A DNA stretch of 64,000 nucleotides. Source: a virus. The translations under genes and the position numbers were made by a program. Positions 37,750 through 49,700 of the stretch are shown here, one piece after another. Every line of letters begins with the position of its first letter. Positions within the stretch are counted from its first letter, which is position 1. The notes under the pieces are model-generated. The model had not been told where the DNA came from. It did not search any database and saw only the letters and a program-made list of their open reading frames with translations. The stretch spans positions 13,680-77,679 of IMG/VR virus record IMGVR_UViG_3300027779_000019; one strand, given 5' to 3'.

Positions 37750-38889
37750 ATGAGCGAAAATGTAGACGTAAGTCAATACGCAGCAGGGGCAGATATATCC
37801 TTACCGGATATTCCTATGCCGGAACCAGTGGTAGAGACCAAAAAGGTCATAAGCGACGAAGTGGAGGTGGCTTATAAGTTCTGCTTTGTGGGTTCGGGTC
37901 AAGGAGGGTCTAGACTCGCCGAAACCTTTCATGGATTGGGGTATAGGAAGGTTTGCGCTTTGAATACCGCAAAGCAAGACCTCAATACCGTAAAGTTAGA
38001 CAATAAGCTTTGCATAGGGGACGGCGGAGCTGGAAAAGATCCGGATGTAGCTAAAGAGATTTTTGATTCCAAAAGGGAAGACGTTTTGGATTTCATGAGG
38101 TATTCTTTCGGTGACGATTTTGACCGAATATTTGTATGTGTCGGGGCCGGTGGAGGGACAGGGGCTGGTACTCTCGGCCCGTTAGTCAGTACCGCAAAAG
38201 AGCTGCAGGAAACCGTTGGCGTAAAAAATAATAAGGTCGGAGCTATCGTGGCGCTACCTAAAAACTCCGAAGGCAAGAGAGTTAACGCAAACGCTCATAA
38301 GACCCTAAAGGAAGCCTATGAATTAGTTGAGTCGGGAGATATTTCGCCTTTAATTATAGTAGATAACGAAAGGATAAGTAAACTATACCCCGGTTTGGTG
38401 GTTTCTAGTTTTTGGCAAACAGCAAATAGGAGTATGGCTGGATTGTTTCATTTGTTTAATTTGACCGCCGCCAAGGATAGTACTTATTCTGCATTCGACT
38501 CAAAAGACTACCTAAGTATATTAGACTCTGGCTTAATGGTCTTTGGAGCTTCCCCAGTTAAGGACTGGAGTGACCCGGTAAGTATATCTAGATCAGTTAG
38601 GGATAATTTAAAAGGAAACATCCTCTCCGGAGGGATAAATTTAGGATCTGGGACTTGTGCCGGGGTCGTAATAGTGGGAGGAAAAGAAGCTTTGGATAAC
38701 GTACCTCAATCCAACTTAGACCAAGCTTACGCTCAATTGTCAAGAATACTGAAGGCAAACAGTACCGTCCATAGAGGAATATATAGCGGAGATAAAGAAG
38801 GTCTGACGGTCTATAGCTGCATAGGTGGGCTAGAAGAGCCTAAAGAAAAACTAGAGGAATTAAAACTTTTAGGCGATCTAACCGAGTAA
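37750..38889 (+). CDS. tubulin/FtsZ-family GTPase
   Basis: G.GQGG, NTA..D, G.GAGKDP, GGGTGAG signature and DN motif. Confidence 0.88.
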   Translation: MSENVDVSQYAAGADISLPDIPMPEPVVETKKVISDEVEVAYKFCFVGSGQGGSRLAETFHGLGYRKVCALNTAKQDLNTVKLDNKLCIGDGGAGKDPDVAKEIFDSKREDVLDFMRYSFGDDFDRIFVCVGAGGGTGAGTLGPLVSTAKELQETVGVKNNKVGAIVALPKNSEGKRVNANAHKTLKEAYELVESGDISPLIIVDNERISKLYPGLVVSSFWQTANRSMAGLFHLFNLTAAKDSTYSAFDSKDYLSILDSGLMVFGASPVKDWSDPVSISRSVRDNLKGNILSGGINLGSGTCAGVVIVGGKEALDNVPQSNLDQAYAQLSRILKANSTVHRGIYSGDKEGLTVYSCIGGLEEPKEKLEELKLLGDLTE

Positions 38890-38915
38890 AACTGTGTAAC
38901 ATTCCTCTAGGAACG

Positions 38916-39383
38916 ATGAGGATGGAGGCTAAAGAAATCGACCTACTAGACGAATGGATTTTTCCAGAGAGAAAAGATCCTCATGTTGAGCTTTCTATCA
39001 AAGTCTTAGAAGCCTTAAAGGATAGGGTAAAAACATATAATAAGGCAAAAGACAGTAAAGTTAGCCTAAAAGAACTAAAGCAAGCTTTCGTAGCTGGGGC
39101 TTCTAATTCCGCTCTAAAAGATACAGAACTGCTTAGCGCTGGGTTCGAAAGAGTTGCAGTCTACCTAAGCGGGAAGAATAAAAAATTTAAAAAAGAAAAT
39201 TTCACAATGCAGCAGGACTCTAGATCTAAAGAGTTTGAAATAATTTATGCCGACAACGAAGAACCTAGTACGGAGCCCTCCGGAAACGAAGAAGTCAAAA
39301 GACATAATTTGTCAGACTATAAAGTTGACAGCGTAGAAGAGTTATACCTCGAAGACTACAGAACCTGCATTTTAAATATTTAA
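38916..39383 (+). CDS. hypothetical protein
   Basis: 155-aa ORF in the head module. Confidence 0.6.
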   Translation: MRMEAKEIDLLDEWIFPERKDPHVELSIKVLEALKDRVKTYNKAKDSKVSLKELKQAFVAGASNSALKDTELLSAGFERVAVYLSGKNKKFKKENFTMQQDSRSKEFEIIYADNEEPSTEPSGNEEVKRHNLSDYKVDSVEELYLEDYRTCILNI

Positions 39384-39386
39384 GAC

Positions 39387-40976
39387 ATGAAAGAATTTAA
39401 ATTCAAAACAACATTCAGCTCTTCCGTTAGACCTATGGTTTCGGAAGAAAAGGATAAACATCTAGCTTTGGCGTCGTTGATAGACGTCGGAAACTTTCTA
39501 CCTCAGGTTGACGTGGAGAAAAATATAGACCTTCTCCCAATAGCTTTTAACGCCTGCGTAGTTAATAGAGTAAACAAGAACGGAGACGTTGTAGATACGG
39601 AAACTGCTTTGGCAATGTACGAATCTTTCAAAAATAAGCCCATCAATGTAGAGCATAACAGAGACAAGGTCTTAGGGACTATACTAACGGCAGGTTTTTC
39701 TAAATTTGGCTCCGACGAACTAATGACGGAAGAAGAGGCTAGGAGCACGACTGACCCGTTTAATATAACCTTGGGTGGAGTTGTGTGGAGAGTCGTCAAC
39801 GAGAAGTTGGCTAATATTATAGAAAACTCAAGCGATCCGACCAGTGAGGACTTTATGAAAATAAGCGCTAGCTGGGAACTAGGATTCGAGGAATATAATA
39901 TAGTTGTCATGGAGAATGAAGATGACAAAAATATGGAAAACGCTATAGAAATAATCTCGTCCGAAGGAGATGTAGATAAATTTTCGAAATACCTTAGAGC
40001 CGAAGGGGGGAAGGGTAAAATAGAAGAAAAAGGGTTTGTTTATAGGCAAGTCGTTGCGAACGTCGTCCCCTTGGGAATAGGCTTGACAGAAAACCCAGCT
40101 GCCGACGTAAAAGGTATAACAACGAACCGAACGCTGGAAGAGAAAGGCCTTCTAGACCTAGGGGACAGGGTCAAATTTGAAGAAAAGGCGACCAACGAAA
40201 AGGAAAACGAACCAATTAAGGCTTCCGAAACCAAAGAAAACTTTTCCCAAAAGGGAAATAGTGTTGTAAACAAAAATACACAAGAGGGAATCATAATGAT
40301 GAAACTGACAAATATTAACGATATTACAGATGAGTCCTTGAAGACTGTTTCCGCTTCTACCGTAACCGATTTCATTCAAGAGGAACTGAAGCGAGCTTCA
40401 GAGAACTTCTCAGAAGATAGAAATAAGTTAGATACGGAATTAGCTGCAGCCAAGGAAGAATTAGATACCGTCTCTTCGGCGAGCAAAGAGCTCAAAGAGG
40501 AAATGGAAAAAATCAAGGCTGCTCTCGATCAACTCGAGAAGGAGAAATCAGAAAGAATTAATGAGGAGAAATTCAATCAGCGTATGGCTTTTATGGATGA
40601 CACTTATAATCTTTCCGATGAGGACCGTAAGGTTGTCGCTTCTCAGATTGGTGACTTGGACGATGAGACTTTTGAGTCTTATCAAGGCGAAATGTCCATT
40701 TTGCTATCCTCTAGGAATAAAGAGGAAATCGAGAAGCAGGTTAAGGAAACGGAAGCTGCTAAAGAAGCAGAACTGCAAGAAACTAATGAGGAGGCTAAAG
40801 CTTCTGAGGAAACTCAGGCAGATGTCGCTGAAGAGGTTGTTGAGCAGATTGTTGAGCAGGCCAAGGAAGAGCCGGAAACAGTTCCGGTTTCTGCCACAGC
40901 GTCTGACCCCTCTGATACAGTTTATGATAAATACAGAAAAGCTTTTGATATCGACAATTTCGAAATCAAACTATAA
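39387..40976 (+). CDS. prohead protease fused to an acidic coiled-coil scaffold
   Basis: N.NGD, KPIN.EH, ISASWE and G.GLT..PA motifs; long E/K-rich C-terminal half. Confidence 0.75.
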   Translation: MKEFKFKTTFSSSVRPMVSEEKDKHLALASLIDVGNFLPQVDVEKNIDLLPIAFNACVVNRVNKNGDVVDTETALAMYESFKNKPINVEHNRDKVLGTILTAGFSKFGSDELMTEEEARSTTDPFNITLGGVVWRVVNEKLANIIENSSDPTSEDFMKISASWELGFEEYNIVVMENEDDKNMENAIEIISSEGDVDKFSKYLRAEGGKGKIEEKGFVYRQVVANVVPLGIGLTENPAADVKGITTNRTLEEKGLLDLGDRVKFEEKATNEKENEPIKASETKENFSQKGNSVVNKNTQEGIIMMKLTNINDITDESLKTVSASTVTDFIQEELKRASENFSEDRNKLDTELAAAKEELDTVSSASKELKEEMEKIKAALDQLEKEKSERINEEKFNQRMAFMDDTYNLSDEDRKVVASQIGDLDDETFESYQGEMSILLSSRNKEEIEKQVKETEAAKEAELQETNEEAKASEETQADVAEEVVEQIVEQAKEEPETVPVSATASDPSDTVYDKYRKAFDIDNFEIKL

Positions 40977-40993
40977 AACAGGAGAAATAAATT

Positions 40994-41557
40994 ATGGCTA
41001 CAACATGTGACTTAAGACCCTTTAGGGATTACAGCGATCATAACGTAATCAATCTCTTTGCGTGGAGCGGTGCCGTGCCTGTCAAGAAGGGGACTTTCGT
41101 AAAAGTCGTCCCCGGTTCTGAAGGACACGGTGGCTGGAAAGCAACTGATGAGATAGAAATGCAAGGCGATGTAGGCGCTGCCTTCACTAATACCGTTTCA
41201 CAACGGTATGGTGTGGCTGCCAAAATCACTGCCGCCGTCAACGGAGACGAAGACGACGCTATCGGCATGCTGCTTTACGACGTTAAAGAGACTGATGAGA
41301 ATGGGGAGAAGCTAGTCTTCAACCCTCGGAAGGCTGCCGAGTTATCGGTTGCCTTGAGTGGACAAGCGGTACCGGTTGTTTCAAGAGGCGTATTCCTTTA
41401 TAAGGGCGTTGACGGAACACCAGCTGCTGGTGGTAAAGCGTACATTGGTGCAGGAGGACTGCTTAGTGCTACGGTTGGCTCTGCGCCAAACGTGGTAGGA
41501 TCTTTCCTAGGTGCCAAAGACGCCGATAACAATGTTTTGGTTAAACTTTCAATTTAA
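40994..41557 (+). CDS. capsid decoration/cement protein
   Basis: lies between scaffold and major capsid gene; DENGEKL...P and SGQAVPV..RG. Confidence 0.6.
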   Translation: MATTCDLRPFRDYSDHNVINLFAWSGAVPVKKGTFVKVVPGSEGHGGWKATDEIEMQGDVGAAFTNTVSQRYGVAAKITAAVNGDEDDAIGMLLYDVKETDENGEKLVFNPRKAAELSVALSGQAVPVVSRGVFLYKGVDGTPAAGGKAYIGAGGLLSATVGSAPNVVGSFLGAKDADNNVLVKLSI

Positions 41558-41577
41558 TTATAAAAGGATATAAAATT

Positions 41578-42699
41578 ATGAATTTAAAACTTAAAAATAC
41601 ACCAGAACAAATTGAACTTATCAAAGCTATGGGCTCTAAGGATAGAGCCGTTGCTAGAGAGGCTCAGGAAGCTTTTGCAGCTTTCCTAGGCCCTGTAGTG
41701 AGACAGGTTTTGAATCAGGCAGGCACAACCGGAGCGATCTATAGTGACGTTCCTTTTGATGAGGACGACTCACCGAGTTATCCTTTGGACCTGTATTACG
41801 ATGAGGGTGACAACTACGTCCAAACTTGGTCTCAGTCAGTAGCTGGCGGTCTTCCGACCAGCACTGTTGAGGGTATGTCGGAGCTGAAGATTTCTACTTA
41901 TAGGATCGACAGCGCTGTCAGTTTCCTCGCCAAGTATGCCCGTCGTGGTCGCTTGGACGTCGTTAGTAAAGGTATCGAGAGAATGGCTCAGGAAGTTCTT
42001 GTTAAACAAGAGCGTAATGGTTGGGCGGTTATCCTTAAGGCTTTGGCCGAGGGTACGACCAGCAGCTTGAGACATGTCGAAGTTGGAACTACAGCTAATG
42101 AGTTCCAATTGCATGACCTCAATAGGCTTGTGACCAGAGGTCGCAGGATTAATGAGTCGTTCGCAAACGGTACTCCGGACGCTGCTTATAGTAGCGGTGT
42201 CACGGACCTTTATGTGAGTCCTGAGATTATGCAGAACGTGAGAGCGTTCGCTTACCAGCCGATGAATACTCGCGCTGGATCAACAGGTAGTGGATCGGAC
42301 ACAAGCACGTCAGTTCCATTGCCCGATAATGTTCGTTCTGATATTTACAACGCTGCTGGTACCCAAGAAATCTACGGTATCAACCTTGTTGAAATGAACG
42401 AGCTCGGCGTGAGCAAGAAGTATAACACTTTGTTTGATACTTTTGCTACTCACACTGATATCAATGGTCCCGGTGGAGCAGACTTTGCTACCGGTACAGA
42501 CGAGATTCTCGTCGGTATCGACAATAGCAAGGGGGCGTTTATTCGTCCGTTGGCACAGAATGCCGATAGTGGGTCTACCTTTACGGCCTCTCCCGATGAC
42601 CAGTTCAACGCTAGAGCCGAGAAGATCGGCTTCTACGGTGCTCTCGAAGAGGGTAGGGTTTGTATTGACGCCCGTGCGGTTGTCGGTATCACCATCTAA
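41578..42699 (+). CDS. major capsid protein
   Basis: 373 aa, gene order, biased codon usage and a strong terminator downstream. Confidence 0.8.
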   Translation: MNLKLKNTPEQIELIKAMGSKDRAVAREAQEAFAAFLGPVVRQVLNQAGTTGAIYSDVPFDEDDSPSYPLDLYYDEGDNYVQTWSQSVAGGLPTSTVEGMSELKISTYRIDSAVSFLAKYARRGRLDVVSKGIERMAQEVLVKQERNGWAVILKALAEGTTSSLRHVEVGTTANEFQLHDLNRLVTRGRRINESFANGTPDAAYSSGVTDLYVSPEIMQNVRAFAYQPMNTRAGSTGSGSDTSTSVPLPDNVRSDIYNAAGTQEIYGINLVEMNELGVSKKYNTLFDTFATHTDINGPGGADFATGTDEILVGIDNSKGAFIRPLAQNADSGSTFTASPDDQFNARAEKIGFYGALEEGRVCIDARAVVGITI

Positions 42700-42723
42700 C
42701 AGAGCTCGTCAAGAGATTATACG

Positions 42724-42752
42724 AAAGTCCGGCTTCGGCCGGGCTTTTTTTT
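42724..42752 (+). terminator. intrinsic terminator (UUCG loop)
   Basis: AAAGTCCGGC-TTCG-GCCGGGCTTT followed by a T-tract. Confidence 0.9.
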
Positions 42753-42805
42753 ATTTCCCATTGAATTTTTCGCTTGTGTAAGCGATAATATAAAGGAACA
42801 AGGAT

Positions 42806-43240
42806 ATGAAGAACAAACCTACACAAAAAAAGACCGCGGCCTCCAAAAGGAAACCCACAGCTAAAGGAAAAGCTACTTCTAGCGGTAAATTAAAAAAAAT
42901 GTCTCAAACCCACGGAAAGAACGAAACTGTCGAATCTAAGTTCGAGCCTAGAACATTGGATCAAGTATGGGGGGATACAGGGTTAGGAAAATACAACACT
43001 CTTGACGAAGATGCATATAGGGGTAAATTAGACTACATGGCTAAAACGGATCTTCAGGCTCATGCGACTAAGGTGGGACTCGTCCCTATAGACAATAGGT
43101 CCACTCTAACCCAAAGACTAATGAGGGAGTTCAGAAAACATGCAAACTCTTTTAAGCCTACAAGTCTCAAAGCTTCTAAGCCTATAGCTAAAGACTCTCT
43201 TTCTCCGGAAGTAAGAAAAGTGCTAGACGAAGGTAAATAA
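42806..43240 (+). CDS. hypothetical basic protein
   Basis: 144-aa ORF with an SD-like AAGGA. Confidence 0.65.
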   Translation: MKNKPTQKKTAASKRKPTAKGKATSSGKLKKMSQTHGKNETVESKFEPRTLDQVWGDTGLGKYNTLDEDAYRGKLDYMAKTDLQAHATKVGLVPIDNRSTLTQRLMREFRKHANSFKPTSLKASKPIAKDSLSPEVRKVLDEGK

Positions 43241-43264
43241 ACCTAATTTAGAAATTGTTTTAAT

Positions 43265-43292
43265 AAAGCGCCTTTATGGCGCTTTTTCTTTT
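43265..43292 (+). terminator. intrinsic terminator
   Basis: AAAGCGCC-TTTAT-GGCGCTTT followed by a T-tract. Confidence 0.7.
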
Positions 43293-43338
43293 TATATTTA
43301 TGCTATATTTCCTTAGCTAAGGTGTAATTCTTTGTAAT

Positions 43339-43716
43339 ATGGCGACTAGTTACAATTTTACTGTTACACAAGGTTCGGAACTAGATGTTCAGTTAAAGGT
43401 TACAGACGAAAATGGAGTAGCTCTAAACTTAAGCGGCTTCGACGTCAGAGGGTCCGTTAAGTATAGGTATAGCGATTCCGCAACTCTGATCGACTTAGAT
43501 CCAGTTATAGCCACGGGCTCAAACGGTGACGGTTACATTAGCGGCTTGGTCGACGTCTTTTTAAGTGGGGTACAGACTAAAGCGTTGCCTGTAACTGACG
43601 CTTGTTACGATATAGAAAGATTTCACGCTGGGTTAGGGGCAGCCTCTCCTAGCGTGATAAAGCTACTAAATGGCAAGTTTAGCATTTACCCCGAAGTAAC
43701 AACAGCGACGTATTAG
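43339..43716 (+). CDS. virion protein (fibre-anchor/BppU-like)
   Basis: QG.......D..G...NL.G, YDIE and L.G.F...PEVT pattern, upstream of the fibre genes. Confidence 0.55.
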   Translation: MATSYNFTVTQGSELDVQLKVTDENGVALNLSGFDVRGSVKYRYSDSATLIDLDPVIATGSNGDGYISGLVDVFLSGVQTKALPVTDACYDIERFHAGLGAASPSVIKLLNGKFSIYPEVTTATY

Positions 43717-43726
43717 GGAGTAAATT

Positions 43727-46700
43727 ATGCCAGTTATAGTTGATGTAAAAGTTCCATCGAAGGTCACGACCTCAGTCTTAGCTGAGTCTACCAAGACTAG
43801 CTCGACTATTACGGTCGGGAGACAAGGCCCTCCCGGTGCAGGATTTATAAACGTAGATAATGACACTAAATGGGGACTTACCAAAGCCCTTAGGCCAACT
43901 ACCTCTGGTGTCTACAGTTTAGGAACAGACTCTTACCCTTTCGGCGACTTTCATTCTCAAGATGGAAATTTTTACGGAAATTTAAATGTACAGGGTAACG
44001 TTAGCATTACCGGAAGCCTTGGGTTAAGTGGTAATTTTATTATAGGAGACGAGACTACAGATAGCATAACAACTAGAGGAGACCTGTTTGTAGCGGATGA
44101 TGCATTTTTCTCCGATGACGTTAATATAACAGGTGACCTAACAACCCGGAACGTATACCCAGAAGCGACCACTACTTACGATTTAGGTTCAGCCGCGAAA
44201 AAATGGAATAACATTCACGCCAAAACAGTTCATATTGACGGAAGCACTTTAATGATGGGTGCAGATGGGGCCCAAGTAAAAGTAGTTAGCAATAGGATTC
44301 AATTTCAAGGCAACACATCAAATGATGGTGCGTATTTTGTAGGCGATACGTATATTGACGGGGGGACATTTTTTGCTCAAAAAGCTTTTGGGCCACAATT
44401 CGAAATACTTAACACTAATTCTACAAATAGGTATGAATTTGAGCTAGATGATAATGGCCACTTAAATATATCTGGTAACTTAAACGGTTCGGTAAAGTTC
44501 AATAATGATCTATTGCCTTCTTCCAACGGGGGGAACGTAGGTGCCAGTTCGGCGAAGTGGAATTATTCTTATTTTACAACTGGGGTAATAGCTAACACTT
44601 TGTCGGTAGGAACTTCCGAAAACACAAAGACCTTAAGCGTTGGTGGAGATACGAATATATACGGAGACTTAGATATATACGACGAAAACAACACAAGCAA
44701 CAAAATTGTTTCTATATACGATAGTTCAGACGAAGGGAGAATTGATATTAAAAACGCTGGTTCTACGAAAATTAGACTAGCTTCAAATTCTAATAGTTAT
44801 TTTAATAATGGAAACCTTGGAATAGGAACTTCTTCCCCTTCTGTTAAGCTGGATATAAACTCCAACGATGCAATAAAAATTCCGGTAGGTACCACAGCGC
44901 AAAGACCTACTGGTTCCGACGGTATGATGAGGCTGAATACCACAGCTTCACAATTCGAAGGATACCACGGCGGAAATTGGCACAATTCGAAGGATACCAC
45001 GGCGGAAATTGGCAGGGGCTGGGTGGCGTAATAGACGTCGATCAAGACACTTACGTAAGTACGGAGAAAACTTCAGATGATGATGCTTTATATTTTTACA
45101 CCTCGGGAATAGAGAGGGCAAAAATAAATAATAATGGAAATGTTTATATAGCTAAAAGCTTTTATACTTCTGGCAGCGCTTATATAGAAAGCGACCTTAC
45201 TGTTTCAGGCGACTTGAACGTTAGTGGGAATTTCAATCTTGGAGACTCCACCACCGACAGGATAACAACTCAAGGTGACCTATACGTAAAAGATGACGCT
45301 TTCTTTTCGGACGCGGTACATATAACGGGGAACCTAACTGTCGACGGGACAGCTTCGGCGGCTACCCCAAGTTCGAATGGACACTTAACTACAAAGCTTT
45401 ATGTAGATTCTAGCGACAATACGCTAACTACCAATTTAGCGACGACGGGAACTACTCTACAAAATCAAATCACAAGTAACGATTCCGACATAGTAGCATT
45501 AAATACAGCAACCGGAAGTTTACAAACGCAAACGACAAGTAATGATGGAGATATATCCGCGTTAAATACAGCAACAGGAAGTCTTCAAACTCAAGTTGTA
45601 AATAACGACACCGACATATCGACTTTGCAAACAGCTACCGGAAGCCTTCAAACGCAAGTCACAAGTAATGATGGAGATATAACTGACCTAAACACTAAGG
45701 TTACGAATTTAAGCGGCGACGCTGTTCTGTTGGCTGGAGGCCAAACTATAGCAGGAAGCAAAACTTTTTCAGACAACACAATTTTTAGCAGCGGCGTAAC
45801 GGTGTTAGGTACTCTTGGAGTAAGCGGAAACTTTACATTAGGAGACGACGCAACAGACAGCATAACAACAAGGGGAGATTTATTCGTAGAAGATGATGCG
45901 GTTTTCAGTGACGATATGACCGTTACTGGTAACGCGCGTTTTGTAGGTAATGTTGGTATAGGCGTAGGGTCGGCTACTCCTAGCGCTCAATTGGAGTTGG
46001 GTTCTTCAGGAGGATCCGCAAGATATATAAGATATAAAGACACAGACGGTTCTCCTACTAAGTACAATTACGAACTAGGAGTCCAAAGAGTGGATCAGTC
46101 TTGGACGGTGACTCCATCTACCCTTCCCGGTGGAAACTCTTTTTCCAGTCCGGCCCTTATTGTTAATAGTGACGGAAACGTTGGAGTAGGTGCAGCGCCT
46201 AGTAAAAAGTTCCAAGTTGAATCTTCCAGCAGCCAAATCAAACTAACTGACACTGGCCAAAGTGGGAGCAACAGCCAACATGCTATATTTAATTTTAGTG
46301 ATTCGAGCGATAACTCATTGGACATTCTTACGGCTTACGCCGCAGGGACAGCTAACAAAATAACATTATCGCCAGCCGGTTCGACAGCAATGACTTTACT
46401 GCAGGGGGGTAAGGTCGGTATAGGAGTTAATACTCCCACGCAAACACTTCATGTCGATGGTAATTTGCGTTTAACAGGCGCAATATATGATACAAACAAT
46501 TCCGCCGGTACCAATGGTCAAATTTTAATATCTACCGGATCAGCTATAGATTGGAAGTCCTTGAGCGAGATAACTGGTGTTGATGGAACCGGTACGGCAA
46601 ACTATATTCCTAAATGGAGTGATGCGGATACTATTGGGAATTCCATTATATACGACGATGGAACAAACGTTGGTATCGGGAGCGCTTCGCCATCATACAG

Positions 46701-49700
46701 ACTGGACGTACAGGATTCTTCGGATGCGACTTTCAGATTGCAGGCAGGATCGACATCAGACGCTACAATACGACTAGATCAAAACGGAACCCAACAAGCC
46801 ACTATTGGTTATGATCATAGTTCCTCTTTATTAAAGTTAAATAATAATAGTAATTTCGGAGGAACCGATCATTTAGTAATTAACTCGGACGGCAACGTTG
46901 GTTTAGGAATAACAACCCCAAGCGTCCAGCTACAAACAAGCGGTGACGTTATAGTCGGCGGTAACCTTACGGTTTCTGGAACTACGTTTACTGTTGACAC
47001 GTCTAATGTTCTTGTCGAGGACCCAGTTCTTCTACTTGCGAAAAACCAGACAGGAGGAGCAGCTTTAGATTCTGGATTCATTGTTGAACGTGGGTCCGAC
47101 CAAAATGTTGGTTTCATTTGGGACGAATCCTCGGATCATTTTACGTTCATCAACACGAACGAAATCGCGGACGACAACGACATTACTATAGCCAGCTATG
47201 CAAATATAAAAGCCGCAAACGCTATAGTAGCGGACTTGACTTCCCCTAATGGTTATTTCGATTGGACGAGAAATTCGACTTCGGTAGCGGCTAAAATAAC
47301 CCAATCTGGAACAGGAGATATTTTAAATTTATTTGACGGAGCTTCTAATATTCTCTCCGTCTTGGATGGTGGTAACGTAAAGGCTGTCGGCAACTTTGCT
47401 ATTGGTGGTGGAGATCCTGTCGCGACAAAAGGTTTATATATTTTACAGGACGGAGGTACAGTAACTACCGATAGTTACGGGTTACATATATCAAACACAG
47501 AAGCAAACGCAGGCCCTAATGATATAAAATACGGATTAAGGGTAGATAGCGTTGGAACTCATTGGTCGGGCAACAACGCTAAAACTTACGGCCTATACGT
47601 TAGCAATACAGATGGGTATAGCGGAGCTAGTCAGTCGACTGAAAACTTTGGGGCTTATATAGCGGTCGCCAACGCGAATCCGAATAAAAACTGGGGACTA
47701 TACGTAACCGGAGAGGATAAAAGCTATTTTTCCGGTAACGTCGGAATAGGAACAACTGCGCCGACATACAAACTTCAAGTAGTTGGAACTAGTCATTTTA
47801 GCAGCAAGCTAATAGCGGCTGGTAGCGTTGGTATAGGGGTAACTAATCCTTCAGTTTCTCTTGAAGTCGTAGGAACAGATGCAATTAGAGTTCCCGTAGG
47901 TACCGACGCACAAAGACCAACACCGGCGGACGGCATGGTCCGCTTGAATACCGACAGTAATCAGTTTGAAGGTTATAGCAATAGTAATTGGCAGGGTCTC
48001 GGGGGAGTTATAGATGTAGACCAAGACACCTACGTTAGTACAGAAAAAACCACCGATGACGATACTTTATTTTTCTATACCGCCGGAGGGGAAAGAGCAA
48101 AGATAGATAACGCAGGTAATACTTTCGTTGCCGGAGACCTAACTATTTCAGGAAGCCTTGCGGTAAGCGGGGACTTTACATTAGGAGACACAACAACCGA
48201 TAAGATAACTACGAGAGGCGATCTTTATGTTGAAGATGACGCTTTCTTCGCTGATGCTGTTGAAATAACCGGAAGTTTAACTGTAGATGGTACAGCTTCC
48301 GCAGCTACCCCGACTCAAAACGGACACCTAACTACAAAGCTTTATGTAGACTCTGCTGATAATACGCTAACTACTAATTTAGCGACTTCAGGAACTACCC
48401 TACAAAATCAGATCACTAGTAACGATTCCGACATAACGGCGTTAAATGCCGCGACTGGAAGCCTGCAGACTCAAGTTACGAGTAACGACTCTGACATTTC
48501 CACGTTAACAACGAATCTCGCTGCGACCGGTAGCAACCTGCAGGCTCAAATTACTAGTAACGACGGCGACGTATCAGCTTTACAGACAGCTACTGGAAGC
48601 TTGCAAACGCAGGTCTCTAGTAACGATACCGATATTGCGACTATCAATACTAACATTACCAGTCTTAGTGGCGACGCCGTTTTGTTAGCCGGAAATCAAA
48701 CTATAGCGGGCGATAAAACTTTTTCAGATGACGTAACGATCTTGGGTGACCTAGCTGTAAGTGGTGATTTTACTTTAGGGGATGCGACAACCGATAAGAT
48801 TACTACCAGAGGCGACCTTTATGTCGAAGATGATGCGGTGTTCAGTGATACTATAAGTGTCACCGGTGTTGCGCATTTCGCTGCGAACGTTGGCATCGGT
48901 ACAGCTTCTCCTTCTGTGGCTTTGGATATTTCAGCTACTGACGCCATTAAGATTCCGGTAGGTACAACAGCCCAAAGGCCAGCGACTGCTGATGGTTTGA
49001 TGCGTCTCAATACCACCACCAATCAATTTGAAGGATATCAAAATAGCAACTGGCAGGGACTCGGTGGAGTAATCGATGTTGATCAGGATACTTACGTTAG
49101 CACAGAGAAGACTTCTGATGATGATACATTATTTTTCTATACTGCGGGTTCGGAGAAAGCGCGTTTAACGTCAGCGGGTCTTTTTGGCATCGGAACTAGC
49201 GCGCCGGGATACACTTTAGAAGTGGCGGCATCTAGCGCGACTTGGTTGTCCAGAATTTACAACACACATGGGGGTGTAGGAAATGGACTACTAGTGCGAG
49301 TAGATTCTACTAGCTCGGACGCTATTTTGTCGGCTTACAGTGCTGGGTCGCATCGTTTTGTTGTTAAGGGCGATGGCAAGGTTGGCATTGGAACATATTC
49401 GCCAAGCTATAAACTTCATGTTGCTGGTGATTATATTTTTGTAGATAGCAATAAGGGTATTCGGTTTGGGGGAAGCTCTCATCAGATTGGTAGAGAAGCC
49501 TCAAATGAATTAAGACTTAAGTCTAGCAACACAACAGGGTTTACGACTTTCTACACAGGTGGCGACACGGAAAAAATGAGGATTCTAGCCGACGGCAAAG
49601 TCGGTATTGGGACTACTGCGCCAAGCTCATTACTGCACATATCCAGCACTTCTCCAGCTTTTTATATTCAGGACTCAGATGCGACTAGTACACATAGTAT

